DNA from: Octopus vulgaris
Lineage: Eukaryota
NCBI GenBank assembly: GCA_951406725.2
Contig: OX597839.1
Location: 2,418,001-2,482,000 of the forward strand
Direction: 5' to 3'
DNA length: 64,000 bases
How positions within the stretch are numbered: the first letter of the stretch is position 1; the number at the start of each line of letters is the position of its first letter. The notes below the pieces were generated by a model that saw nothing but the letters and a program-made list of their open reading frames with translations, had not been told where the DNA came from and ran no database searches. Position numbers and translations under genes: made by a program. Positions 11,016 through 25,371 of the stretch are shown one piece after another.

Positions 11016-13737
11016 ATCAAATAATAATAAAACTAATAATAATAATATGTATCTATACAAAAAGTTCTCTGAGATGCAATGATTCAGTGTTAGTATCAGA
11101 TTAAACATCAAAAACCTGACATTGTTGTAGTGAAGAGGTAAAAAAAAAAGCTGCTTGATAGTATGTCTGACATAGTATGTCCTGGTGACAACAGGATAGA
11201 AGGGAAAGAAGAAAAAGTGAAGAACTGTGATGAATTGAAGTAGGAAATATTGCAGTTTGTGGCAATGAAGAAGTGTAAGAGTTAGCACTTCCTTCTCTAA
11301 GCTTAGATTCGAAATCGAATCTAAGCTTAGAGAAGGAAGTGGTAACTCTTACATATATATATAGATGAGAATGTGTGTCTGTGTGAATCCCTAAAACATG
11401 GCCACAGTCTAATAACTGAAACAAGATAAAGGCAAAAGATAAAAAAAATATAACATATATCCTTTTATTTGTTTCAGTCATTTGACTGTGGCCATGTTGG
11501 AGCACCACCTTAAGGGATTTTAATCAAACAAATCAACACCAAGACTTATTCTTTGTGAGCCTAGTACTTATTCTGTTAGTCTCTTTTGCCGAACCACTAA
11601 GTTACGGTGACATAAACACAGACACAAACTCACAAATATATATATATTTATACATATGATGGGCTTCTTTCAGTTTTCATCTATTAAATCTACTCACATA
11701 GCTTTGGTCAGCCTGAGGCTATAGTACAAGGTACTTGCCCCAGGTGCTATACAGTGGGACTGAACCCGGAACCATGTGGTTGGGAAGCAAGCTTCTTGCC
11801 ACACAGCCACTCCTGCACCTATGTATATATCATACATATATAATACAAATCCCAAACTGAAGAAAACACAAACATGAACAAAGAAAGAAAAAAGGGAAAA
11901 ACATAAATTCAGTGCCTCAATTGGATGCACACCACAAAGTTCAATAAAACCTGCTCACAACATTACCATGAGCGATGTCGAGGCTAAGGTGTTGGAATAG
12001 CCAAGTACTTGGTAAGGATGTTCCAGGATTTTCTCCATCTTGGTGGAGAATTTTTCAATTTCTTTTTTTATCATAGCCTTGGAAATGTTGGGGGCTTCTT
12101 TTTATGAAAATAAAAATTTGGAAAATTAATGGTTTTTTTTCTTTTACCTCACCCCCTACTCCTACCCTCCTGATCGATTTTGACTCATTTTTTTTTTTTT
12201 TTTGGTACTACACACTTAAAACCATGGTTTGTCAGTAAAAAAAAAAATTATATTTTCAGGCGGAAAGGTGTGTGATGTAAGGGAGATTTGGCTGTTATTT
12301 CTAGCACATCCCACAATCACCTGGGACCTTCCTCGTTTCTTTGTCTCTCTGACATGTGTTGATGTTTTTCAATATTTGTCTCCCAATTTCATCTGTGTTT
12401 ACGTTCTGAGTTGAAATTCCGCCAAGGTCGATAAATTAAGTAACATTACGTACTGGGATCGATCTAATCGAATGACCCCGCTTTCCCAAAATTTCGGGCC
12501 TTGTGCCTAGAGTAGAAAAGAATATTTTTCTCCCAATAAACACACTGCCTTCATTGTCTCTGTATATAATTTTAAAATGCTGAAGAGCTTGCGAATGTAA
12601 AAGAACATTTATTTTAATAGCATACTTTTTTGTTAGTAAATATATATTTCCTTACGCACACAAACACACGGGCTCCATAGTGGTGGAATTTAAATTACAA
12701 TTTCTTTTTTCATTGTTGCTTAAATCTCAGAATGAATCGCTCTTGAGCTAAACATTCCATAATCCTTGTTATTCCATAAAATGGAAAAAAATCCCCGCCA
12801 AACGAAGAAAATCCGGCATAATTACAGATGTGTACACGCCCCGCACCCCATGGACTTTGTTACTACATAACTCACAGAAAAATATTTTTCATAAAAAGCT
12901 GCCTCCCATCACTCCGAAGGCTGTGGTGCAAAAAAAAAATGGAAAAAACGGGGAAATTCCAACTTATGTGGACCGTCTGATCCCAAATACCTCCACCCCC
13001 TCGTCCTTGCGAAACATTTTGCCAACAAATTTCTTTGTAATCGTAATCTATGCCGTTTCAAAGGTATGTACATAAAATTTCATTAAAAGATACCTATTTT
13101 CCTGAAAGTTTTGAAGGTAAAAATATCGGGTCGTGAGAATTTTCTGAAAGGCCTCTCTCCAAGCCCCTCAGAAAAATCTTTTCTAACAAATCTTTACATA
13201 ATATCAATCTACAGCATCTAAGCGATATTTATTGAAAATTTCACTAAAAAGTATTCAATTTTCTAGAAGCTATGAAGCAACGAACTCGGTGGGGTGGGAC
13301 ACACATCTGTAGTTATGCCGATAATCCAATCGACGTGGGTGTCATGGTCCGAAACTCCACCGCAATGTTGAACAAGATTATCTCAAGTGAAGTAAAGGGC
13401 GAAATCATGTGACCTAGTGGAGTTGGCGCTGGCAGTGGCGGGGGTACATCTCCTCGCTACCGATATAAACACGCGTGCATTTTACACCAAAAGCCAATGT
13501 GAGAGTGTCTCTCGTGGTATCTAGTGCAGTATAGTTTGTTCTAAGAAAACATCCACGTTTCAACAAGGATAAATATTACCTCTCGCTAAAATACTGCCTT
13601 AGTCGCTAACGTACGTATGTACATACATGCATGCATACATACATACACACACATACATACATACACACATGCATACATACACACATACATACATGTACAC
13701 ACACACACACACATACATACACACACACATACATACA

Positions 13738-14104
13738 TCTTTATATATAAAAGTAAGGTTGTGTGCTGTCTGTCTCCTACAATTTAGATTCCTAACTACT
13801 CCATTTTGCGGTGCAGTTTAACCAAAACCGGGTATCTTATAGTCGTGATTCATATCGAGCCCTTCTGGGTATTAGCGCGCATCTACAATGAGTCAACGAT
13901 TTAAAAAAAAATTACCATCATTTTTTTCCATTTTAATGCATTTTTTCACTATTATATAAGGGAAATAACTCTCTAAAAATGTCAACAACGATTAAAAAAA
14001 AAATTTACCATCATTTTTTTGCTATTTTTTGGCTATAACTCTCTAAAAATGCTTATATAGTTATTTCCCTTACAAACCCGAGCAATTCCGGGCGATACTG
14101 CTAG
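13738..14104 (+). mobile_element. Non-autonomous Helitron
   Basis: A|TC 5' end, subterminal hairpin CCCG...CGGG, CTAG|T 3' end, no TSD. Confidence 0.8.
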
Positions 14105-14787
14105 TACATACATAAAGAAGAGGGAATTTTGCACCAAAAGCCTATGTGAGAGTTTCTCTCATGGTAAATACTGCTGTGTAGTTTGTAGTTTGCTCTGAGA
14201 GAACGTCCACGTTTAAGTGGGGATAATATTACATGTCGCTATTAATACTGCCTCTGCGGCTAATGTATAAATTGTTTTTTATTTGTTTAAATCAGAAAAA
14301 ATTTATTTTATTTAATTAAAACATTCGAATTCAATGGAACGGGAAAGAAGAGAGATAATAGAGGAAAAGAAAGAAAAGGATAAGTGGGGGGGGGGGGGGT
14401 AAAGCAGGGGTGGAGTGAGAGACCACATACCACAGAGCAAATGTATTACATTACTGCCCACAAGGGGCTAAACATAGAGGGGACAAACAAGAACAGACAA
14501 AGGGATTAAGTCGATTACATCGACCCCAGTGGGGAAACTGGTACTTTATTTATCGACCCCGAAAGGATGAAAGGCAAAGTCAAATGGTGGGTTCATGGCT
14601 TTGCTGCTGAGAATGGCCAGCTACGTTGCCTGTAGCAGTCACTCCACCACGCGGAGCTCATTTCTCCGACGGGGCGTGGTTTTCCCTGTTTAATGGAAGA
14701 AATCGGTGGTACGGGGTCCTAGAACACCTGACGCCGACGGCGATCGACACAAAGTGAGAGTGGCCGGTCAAGCCCTTTATTTAATAA

Positions 14788-15179
14788 CTAGCAGTATCGC
14801 CCGGCGTTGCTCGGGTTTATTTCGACCCTTTAGAATTGGAATTTTTGAAAAGTAAAAATTTTGCATAATGTAGCTTGTTATTCTCTTTAAGTGAACATTT
14901 TTCTGGTTGAAATACACCGAAAAATGGCGACACAGCAGTAAAAAAAATCGTTAAAAAATAGGGATTTTCATAGAAAAAAAAAGCACCTTTTTGATTTAAA
15001 TAATTTTTGGTGTTAACATGGTCCGATTTGAATTTTTCCTCTACAGAAGGAAGAGCAAGCCTTCTATCATACTCTCAATTTTGGTCAACTTGCGCCAAAG
15101 GGTCTTGGAGGAGATAGTGTTAGTTGAAGGCTACCAAACCTGCCATACACAGACAACTTCAGCTTTATATAGAGAGAGA
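14788..15179 (-). mobile_element. Non-autonomous Helitron
   Basis: Same CTAGCAGTATCGCCCGGCGTTGCTCGGG terminus; TC 5' end at 15179. Confidence 0.75.
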
Positions 15180-16552
15180 TTGATTAACACAAGGAACAGA
15201 GGTGGAAGGGATTAACTCGGTGTTACTTGGAGGCACAACGAAGCATTCCTTATACAATAGAATTGGAAATTATCTAAGTCTCCAAAAGCTTATCTTTATG
15301 GACGAGTTTGTTTTAAGCATATAAGATTATGATTCTGCAAAATATTAAAATGGGTGTGTGATTTTTTTCTTGCTTTTTTTTTTTAGTAACTTTACAGTTT
15401 TTATGTTGTGTCTCGGGAGAGCCATTTTCTTTTTGTGTTTTATAAAACCGGTAAAATTTCCACTTATTTCTTATTTTTATTTTCCTAAAATTTTCGTTGC
15501 GTCTTACAACCTTTCCGATAGTCAAGACTAGTGAAAAGGTTGCAAAACTTTTGAATATGTTGCAAGACGCAACGAAAATTTTAAGAAAATAAAAATAAGA
15601 AATAAGTGGAAATTTTACCGGTGAGTGTGTTAGATTATAAGGCACAAAAAGAAAACGACTTATAAGACACAACAGAATATGCTTCAACACACGAATTCAT
15701 ATAAAGAATCTTGCAAACCAAATCTCAAAAACGAAATTACAGTTTTTACTTTTTTTGAAAATGTTCAGATTTAAATTTCAAATCTCAGAATATTTTTCTT
15801 CAAAATATGCAAATATGTGTGACTTTTTAAAACATATTAGAAAAAATTTTCGAATAAGAGAAGTTACAACAAGAAAATTATGGAAAGGGAGGAAATAAAA
15901 TACCGCCTTAGAATTTTCTTTCATTCATTCTTTCTTTCTATCTTACTTTATTTATTTATTTATTAGCAACATCGTTATATACACTGCTCAAAAATATACA
16001 CGTTCGATTAAATTGGGCCATTTGACGCATAGCCTATTGGTTAGTGTTGCACTGACGATCACAAGATTGTGGTTTCAATTCCCGGACCGGGCCGTGCGTT
16101 GTGTGTCATGTGTCTTGCATGTGCGACCCAATGGAATTGGAAAGACAAAGACACAAGCAACACTTCGTCCACCGTATGCAGTTCTCTGGATACAAGCAAA
16201 GGGACAGGATTACTCAGTTTAATTGAATTTCGTCTTGTGGCTTTTAGAAGTAAAACAGAGTTACGTCCCGTTGACTATATATTGACTGTTTGATTTCGCT
16301 ATTTTTGCCATATAATGAGTTACAAATACTGTTGTCGATGGGAACATATTTTTGTAGTAAAAGAAATAACAGTCCTCTGGCTGCTATTTCTAATAATTTC
16401 GGTATGTGGTCTAGCAACTTGTTGCAAAGACACTCATTGTTATAATTAGATATAATTTTACCAAATATGGTCCTATTCCATACCGAAAGACTACACTTGG
16501 TGAAATTTGTTGATTTTATTAAATTAATTATATTTCACCCTTTATCTGTACT

Positions 16553-16606
<54 letters not shown>

Positions 16607-17176
16607 TCTTTACTTGTTTCAGTCATTTGACTGCGGCCATGCTGGAGCACCGCCTTTGATCGAGCAACTCGACCCCGGGACTTATTCTTTTGTAAGCCCA
16701 GTACTTATTCTATCGGTCTCTTTTGCCGAACCGCTAAGTGATGGGGACATAAACACACCAGCATCGGTTGTCAAGCAATGCTAGGGGACAAACACAGACA
16801 CACAAACACACACACGCATATATATATATATATATATATACAACGGGCTTCTTTCAGTTTCCGTCTATCAAATCCACTCACAAGGCTTTGGTAGGCCCGA
16901 GGTTATAGTAGAAGACACTTACCCAAGGTGCCACGCAGTGGGACTGAACCCGGAACAAGCTACTTACTACACAGCCACTCCTGCGCCTATATATATATAC
17001 GGTTTAAGTAATTGAGATTCAAGTGGATTCTAATGAATTCACATGAATATGGTCCTTAACTAGGATGCACCGGAAATCTATATGGTGTTAACCATACGAC
17101 AAGTGGGGTGATTACAAATAGGAAAAAAGCAACAAGAATGGATTAAAATATTTTAATCCATTCTTGTTGCTTTTTA

Positions 17177-17237
<61 letters not shown>

Positions 17238-17584
17238 ACAGTTTCCAAGTTTAACAGAAATTGTTGTTGACAAAGAACAGCAGAAATTGTATTCATGTCA
17301 ATAGACGTCATTGATTGGTTGAAATTGCCGAAATGCAAGAAATTTAACAAGAAATAGCTTACAAACTACAGAATTTTCTCAAGAAAGCCAAGAGAAAAAG
17401 ATGTTTTATGTAACACATTCTACCAGTATACGAAATTTAAAAGTGTTTAGTTACAAAGAAATTATTTTAAAAAATCTGTCGGTCAAAGTGAAAAGATCCA
17501 AAAGTAATCCTTCGAATTTAACCATTTTAAAAATGTTATTCTTACCAACGAGAATTATGTTGTTGAAGTAATGAATTTATGAAC

Positions 17585-17880
17585 TTTCAAGGGGTTTTGT
17601 GCAGCTCCTGACAAACAGTTTTTGTAGAAACTGGGTTCTCGGGGTGGTCATTAAGCTCTGCAGTAATTTTGGGAGCTGTACTCTTGTGATCCTTTCTAAT
17701 AATTCGCGTAAGAGTCCGACGGTTCTGGAGTTTTGTTTCGACGAGGAGGTTTTTCCCTCTTTTTCAAAGGCTGTCATTACTTTCGAGACATTACTTCTTG
17801 ATACATCAGACATTTCAGCAGTTTTCGTCACGCTTGTGCCTGCCATACGAACACCAACAATTTGACCTCTTTGAAACCAC
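17585..17880 (-). mobile_element. Tc1-like transposase N-terminal relic
   Basis: FQRGQIVGVRMAGTSVTKTAEM..VSRSNVSKV HTH segment. Confidence 0.7.
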
Positions 17881-18764
17881 GCTTTCAGCCGAGAAGCATT
17901 TAACAATGTTATTGTATTGAACAGTGAATGAACTGAATTGCAGCCGGAGCCGGTGTCACTGAACTAAGTGTCGTTAGCCTACGTTAATTAGTGAATGAGT
18001 GAAAACAGATCAAATTCTGCTTAACGTACGACCCCTCATAAGTTTTCCATGTTTTGGAATTTTCAGATAATTTTTGCGAATTTGTACTCTACACAGGGGA
18101 AGTCATACGATTAGGCAAAACAGTGGGGAGAGGGGCGGAGGGTAGTGCGTGATTTAAGGCTTATTTCGCTGTTAATTTTGACACATCTCACGACCAAGAT
18201 ACAAGTAACAATACAGCATCAACGCAAATGGAATATATTTCTCAACACAATGCTTTCTCGCAGACAAAAGAGTTCTTATGTTTGGTTTGTTGCTATGGAA
18301 ACAGACATCAATGTATCTGTGGCTTAGAATTGGCTAAAATTACTCACAATTTGCAAACTTTAAAAGCTATTAACTCTTTATTTCTTGGTTTATAGCGGAA
18401 ATGAATTTCGTGTCAACGATCAGCATACAAAACTACACCGTTACACCAAATATGAAATCAATTGGAACAAAGATTGAAGAAATTGAAAAGTGACAGTCAA
18501 ACAGACAAGATTCATTCATTAAGCTGTAAAAAAATCTGCCTCAGCCGATTCCATCTAACCCATACAAGCATGGAAGCAGGAAAGTGACCACGAGGACAAT
18601 AATGATGATTAACATATGTGTGTATTCAATACTCGCAAACTTTATTCTTCTAAGCATTACCTAAACAAACTAATTCTTTAACTTGCAGCTGCTGCTATTG
18701 CAGTTGTTGATGTTGCTGTTGTTGTCAGTGTTGTTGTTCTTGTTCTTGTTGCTACTGATGTTGC

Positions 18765-19130
18765 TGTTGAGCGAAGCGGTCTTCGTCTTCTTGGGAGAAG
18801 TCCGAAACGTGGTCCTTTGCTATTCGTAAGACCCGCAGAAGAGAAAGCAGGTCAACCCCCGACACCGAGAGCATCGACGGATGGATGAATGCGCATCCAG
18901 GCTCAGCGGTGGTTGCATAGGAAGTCGAGGACAAGAAACAGGAAAGGAAGAGCGAGAGAAAGTTGTAGCGAAAGAGTACAACAAGGGTCGCCACCACTCC
19001 CTGCCGGAGCCTCGTGGAGCTTTAGGTGTTTTCGCTCAATAAACACACACAACGCCCGCTCTGGGAATCGAAACCGCGATCCTCCGACCGCGAGTCCGCT
19101 GCCCTAATCATTGGGCCATTGCGCCTCCAC
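18765..19130 (-). mobile_element. tRNA-derived SINE (family C); copies at 19773-20145 and 32252-32618
   Basis: Head GGAGGCGCAATGGCCCARTGRTTAGGGCAGCGGACTCGCGGTC...GGTTTCGATTCCC. Confidence 0.75.
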
Positions 19131-19500
19131 TACTGCTGCTGATGATGATGATAAATAGTCTTGTGACAAATGGAATCATGACTTGGAAAGAATTAAAATT
19201 TGTTTAGTCATGGTGAGCATCCCCATTTACCACCACCACTACAACCCCGTCAACATTAACACCCTTACAACTGGACACACACGCATGTCCGTATATACAC
19301 GCACTCGTAATGCCTGGTACTTATTCCACCGGTCTGTTTTGTCGAACTGCTAAGTTACGGGATTTAAACACACCAGCACCGGTTATGAAACAATGGTGGG
19401 GGACAAAAGCAGATCCATCCATGCATGCATGCATACGACAGGTTTCTTTCAGTTTCCGTCAAATAAATCCGCTCTCAAGGCTTTGGTCGGCCCGAGTCTA

Positions 19501-19702
19501 GGTACTACTTGAGAAGTGTGGTCCCGGTGCGCGCACTCACGTGGTCGCGCATCCGCGCTAGCTAGTCGTGGCTAGTCGATCCTACAACGACTACCTAGCA
19601 AAGTAAATAAAACACAAAAACACTAAGTAAGGATCGACTTGTCCTGACTAGCTAGCGCGGATGCGCGAGTACGCAGCCGGACCACTGTTCTCAAGTAGTA
19701 CC
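19501..19702. mobile_element. MITE with GG termini and 8-bp TSD (Merlin-like), inserted in a SINE
   Basis: TIR GGTACTACTTGAGAA/TTCTCAAGTAGTACC; TSD CGAGTCTA on both sides; long internal inverted repeats. Confidence 0.85.
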
Positions 19703-20670
19703 CGAGTCTATAGTAGAAGACACCTGCCCAAGGTGCTACGCATTGGGACTGAACCCGGAACTATGTGGTTAGCAATGGCCCAGTGGTTAGGGCAGCGGAC
19801 TCGCGGTCATAGGATCGCGGTTTCGATTCCCAGACCGGGCCTTGTGAATGTTTATTGAGCGAAAACACCTAAAGCTCCACGAGGCTCCGGCAGGGGACGG
19901 TGGTGATCCCTGCTGTACTCTTTCACCACAACTTTCTCTCACTCTTACTTTCTGTTTCTGTGGTACCTGTATTTCAAGGGGCCGGCCTTGTCACTCTCTG
20001 TGTCACGCTGAATATCCCCGAGAACTACGTTAAAGGTACACGTGTCTGTGGAGTGCTCAGCCACTTACACGTTAATTTCACGAGCAGGCTGTTCCGTTGA
20101 TTCGGATCAACCGAAACCCTCGTCGTCGTAACCAACGGAGTGCTTCAAGGTTGGGAAGTAAGCTGCTTACCACACGGTTAAATTTTTTACGTTCTACTTT
20201 TATTTCTTTTTAAGCTTTCCTTTACTTTGTTCAAATATTCAGTTCTGATTGCTATCGATAATTTTCCATTTCCTAATTCGTAATATTAAAGCGATGTAAC
20301 ACCTATCACCTCTTGTGATAGGTGTTACACTATCAACATTGCTACCATCACCACCACCATCAACAACAACAATAACAACCACATCACCGCTGTTATCAAT
20401 AACACTATCACAACCACCTCCTATCAATAACGCCGCCGCCGCCACTACCACTACACCATCATCAACACTGCTATAAATATCACTGTTACCTTTACCCTCG
20501 CCGCTATTCTTTCTACCACCATGACCCCCACCAACTCCCGTTATCAATATCGCTACTACCACCGCTACCATAACCCTCATTACCACCACCATCATAGACA
20601 CCACCTTGATAGCCACCACCACCACCACCATCACCAAATATGCGTGTCTGCGTGACATTTCGTCGTAAAT

Positions 20671-20701
<31 letters not shown>

Positions 20702-20754
20702 GAGCGACACCCACAAAATAATGATAATAACCATGCATCATATAGTGTTCCGCC

Positions 20755-21665
20755 TCCCCTTCTTCGCTTATTCCGTTTTTTTCTCCTCCCCTTCGTCGTC
20801 TGCTTTACTTTACTCCCTCTATCCTCCTCTCTGCCACTTCCTTTTTCACTTTACTCCTCTCTCCTTCATTTAACTGTCCCTTTCTCCCTTCTCTTTTTTA
20901 CTTTACTCTTCTCCGCTTATTCCGTTTTTTTCTCCTCCCCTTCGTCGTCTGCTTTACTTTACTCCCTCTATCCTCCTCTCTGCCACTTCCTTTTTCACTT
21001 TACTCCCTCTCTCCTTCATTTAACTGTCCCTTTCTCCCTTCTCTTTTTTACTTTACTCTTCTTCGCTTATTCCGTTTTTTTCTCCTCCCCTTCGTCGTCT
21101 GCTTTACTTTACTCCCTCTATCCTCCTCTCTGCCACTTCCTTTTTCACTTTACTCCCTCTCTCCTTCATTTAACTGTCCCTTTCTCCCTTCTCTTTTATA
21201 CTTTACTCTTCTTCGCTTATTCCGTTTTTTCTCCTCCTCTTCATCGTCTGCTTTACTTTACTCCCTCTATCCTCCTCTCTGCCACCTCCTTTTTCACTTT
21301 ATTCCCTCTCTCCTACATTTAACTGTCCCTTTCTCCCTTCTCTTCTTTACTTTACTCTCCTTCTCCGCTTCTTCTTCATTTAACTGCCCCTCTCCCTCTT
21401 CTTCCTTACTTTACTCCCTCTCTCCTTCATTTAACTGTCTCTTTCTCCCTTCTCTTCTTTACTTTACTCCCCTTCTCCGCTTCTTCTTCATTTAACTGTC
21501 CCTCTCCCTCTTCTTCCTCACTTTACTCCTTCTCTCCCACGTCCTCGCCGTCTTCTACTGCTTCTCTTTACTTTTTCCTCTCCACTCTCCTCCTCCTCCT
21601 CCTCCTCGCTTCTTCTCCTCATCTTCTCCCTCCACCTTCTTCATTTTCGGTTCCTCCTCCTCTTA
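20755..21665. repeat. Pyrimidine-rich tandem array (about 150-bp unit x4 plus subrepeats) upstream of CYP copy 1
   Basis: Units start at about 20763, 20912, 21062 and 21212 (CGCTTATTCCGTTTTTT...). Confidence 0.85.
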
Positions 21666-21820
21666 CGCTTCATTTACTCTGTATTTGTATATCTTTCCGA
21701 AGACAAACCGGCCAAGCAACAATCTCATTTGTCACAGACGTTGACAAATCTGTTCGGCTGTTGCTGTATTTAACGCAATTCTTTCTGTCTCGAAGCGAAA
21801 ACCTAGACTTCCAGTTCGTC

Positions 21821-21897
21821 ATGATAGACCTTCTGTCGTTCACTGAACCCTCGATATATCTCCTCATATCCCTCGTAGTTTTAGGGATCATTTATAC
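21821..21897 (+). CDS. CYP copy 1 exon 1 (signal anchor [25 protein letters not shown])
   Basis: ATG, hydrophobic helix, AC|GTGAGT donor. The paralogous exon at 61184 lies only 188 nt from its exon 2. Confidence 0.85.
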
Positions 21898-24800
21898 GTG
21901 AGTACACAGATTATTTTTCATTCTCTTCTCAGCGGAGTTTCGAATCAGGACGATCACATAAGATGGATTTTCTTGGTTTTCATGGAGATTTTCCCCATTT
22001 GTTCTTCCACCAAGTCTATGGAAGTGACAGGGTGGGGCAGTTGGATCTTTTCACTTTGACCGGCAGATTTTTAAAATAATTTCTTTGTAAATAAACACTG
22101 GTAGGATCTTTTCATTTCCAAGGCCTGTTTTTTCAGATTTTTCCTACTTAACCAAACAATTTGAGCCCACTCGTGGCCTCACAAATGAAAAGATCCCACT
22201 GGTATACTGGTATAATGTGTTACATAAAACATCTTTTTCTCTTGGCTTTCTTGAGAAAATTCTGTAGTTTGTAAGCTATTTATTGTTAAATTTCTTGCAT
22301 TTTTAAAATCTGCCGGTCAAAGTGAAAGGATCCGGGCAGTTTTGTATGGAAAGAATAATTTTTTTTGTAAATATATGGTTTGACTCGAAAAATCATAACA
22401 TAGAACTTGGTAGTTTCTTTGAGTACCTGTTGCCTTGTCAGCTGTCAGTTAACGTATCGAAATGGCAAAGAGAAAATTAATGGGCTGTGCGAGCTTTTTT
22501 CCTTCAAGTTTAAAATGCGACAATATTGGCATAATTTCGTTATATCTGCTTTCCACAACACATAAAAACAGAACAGACACACAGGATTGTCTGTGTTTTT
22601 TTACGCCCCACCACTTCATCACCCTTCCAAACCGACCTTGGCTTATTTTGTTGCATTATGCACTTAAAAACCATGGGAACCAAAATATAAAACATTAATA
22701 CTCATCAGAATGAAAAAGAAACGAAAATGATATCGTGGTCATGCGTTGTGTTAGAAACAACAGCTAAATCTCCCTTAAATCACCTTTTTCGTTTGATTAT
22801 GTTTTCAATTTATTTATTTGTTTTACTGAATAGGCTTCTCCCACGATTTTCAAGTGTGGAGTGCCAAAAAAATTAGCCAAAATCAATCTGGATGTGACAG
22901 GACATGGGGGAATGATAAATTTTCAAAATAATTTTAATAATAATAATAATAATAAACATTGTGTACAGTGCTCAGGTGCACTACAACTCATCTAAAGTGC
23001 ATATATAATCAGGTGCAGTTTCGACGGATTTCGGAAAGCATGAGGGCCTTAAAGGATGCAGTATCATGGCAGTGTCAAAAAACTATCCCCCACCCACTAT
23101 CATTTCTTGGGCTGTAGTGAAAAAAAATTGAAAAACTCCCCGTCAGAATGGAGACAATCCAACTTATGTGGGTGGCCTATTCTCTTTACTTCTATTGTCA
23201 TATGCAAGAGGGTGCTGAAAAGTTGCTGACTTTGGGTAAAAGAAAATACAGGAGGATCAATTAATTATGATTTTATTCAACCTATGCCCCTCTCAGATTC
23301 ACACACTTATTGCAGTGGTCCTTCAGTTTTTTTAAGTCCTGTGAAAGAACTCAACTCGGAATGTTGGGCTTCCCACCAACCCTTTCATGACACCATTAAG
23401 GCCAGGAACTTTTCAGCAACCCCTCGTAATTATTACAATATAGAATTCAATGTTTGTTTGTTGTGACTGTTATTGTTTATTTATGTTGTTGATGTTGTTG
23501 TTAAGCTTCAAGCCAGTTCTGATTTAGTAAATATAGGTAAAAAAATATAAATAAATAAGGCGTGGTAGTATTGTTAAGAAGCTTGTTTCCCCACAATGTA
23601 GTCCTTGCTTCAGTCCCACTGCATGGTACCTTCAGCAAGTGTCTTCTGTTATAGCTCCGAGCCTATCAAATCCTTGCTGAGTGAAGTTTGCTTGACAGAA
23701 ACTGAAAGAAGCCTGTCTTGTGTGTGTATGTGTATACATACATACATCATCATCATCATCATTTCCGCTTTCCATGCTAGCATGGGTTGGGCGATTTGAC
23801 TGAGGTCTCGCGAACCAGACTCCGATCTGATCTGGCAGAGTTTCTACAGCTTGATGCCCTTCCTAATGCCAACCACTCTGAGAGTGTAGTGGGTGCTTTT
23901 ATATGCCACTGGCATGAGGGCCAGTTTGGTGGTACTGGCAACAGCCACGCCCAAATGGTGCTTTTTATGTGCCACCTGTATACATGCATATACAGCTGCG
24001 TGCGTGTGCACATACATGCAAGTACTGTCCAAATCTCCAACCAATCACATATAGCTAGCTGGTATTCAATTGGCGTATCAAGTTTCAGGCATTTTGATTG
24101 GGTTTTGGATAGAAAATTCACAAAAAATCACTTCTATTGATTTTTTAATGGCATTGCGGGGTGACAGGGGAAATGTAAAGATGTGCACGACCACCCTTGG
24201 ACGGTTTTGAATGACTATAGAAAGTGCGAGCCCTCTAACTGAAAAATTGTGGATTTGCATAAAGTACATACACAAACAGACATTTTGCCGTTTATATATA
24301 TAAACACATGCAAAGCAAAACCAATTTAACCCCAAGCGATAGTGCCTGTTAGGATCCCAGCTATGGCTTAACTAGCATGTGAACCACTGAAAGTGAAGGA
24401 CCACTGGTGCTGGTTAGAACTTCCCTTCTAGAAGAAAACAAACTTGTTTTTAAAGAAAAATGGTGCAGTTTGTTCCTGGTCGTTTTAACCTCGGTTGTGC
24501 CAATGATTTTGTAGCTGATAGCTCTGGAAAGTGGATTCTGTACTGTGCAACACTTTATTCACTCAAAAGAAACTCACACCAAGGAATTTCTTGGATTCTC
24601 AGAACATCTGCACAGACTTTCTGGTTTTAAGGAAATTATATTACTCATGGGTTAACTTCTACTGTGTATGTATGTAGGTGTGTATATATGTATGTATGCA
24701 TATATATTGTACCCGATATGTCATATAACACTGTGTAACAAACTTTCAATTAAAAAATTTTTTTTGTCTTTTTCTACTAAGTGTTATTTCCTATTTACTC

Positions 24801-25338
24801 TTGTCTAGAAATCAAAGGAAATAACTATTACTCCCTTCAAACTTTGCTTCTGTGACCTGGACGTCAATGTTTTGAAACTGACTAATTTTCTGTTACATTT
24901 CAGAAAGATTCAGTGCTGAGTTACTGAAGCAGAAATATCATTATAGCAAATATTCTGCACAATACTACAGATTTGCTTGTCAGTTGCTTGATCTTAACCA
25001 TTTGAGCATGTCCCTTAGTGGCTGTCAATATGTGCATCTCTGATCATGAGCAAGAGTAGGTGGGGAGCATAATAGCCATGTGTTGAAAGGGATTCCTTGG
25101 GGTTTGAATAAATGTAACAAAAGCAAAGTTTGAAGGAAATATTAGCTATTTTTCAAATAGAAAATAACAAATAGGCATAGGAGTGGCTGTGTGGTAAGTA
25201 GCTTGCTTACCAACCACACGGTTCCAGGTTCAGACCCACTGCGTGGCACCTTGGGCAAGTGTCTTCTACTATAGCCTCGGGCCGACCAAAGCCTTGTGAG
25301 TGGATTTGGTAGATGGAAACTGAAAGAAGCCTGTTGTA

Positions 25339-25371
<33 letters not shown>

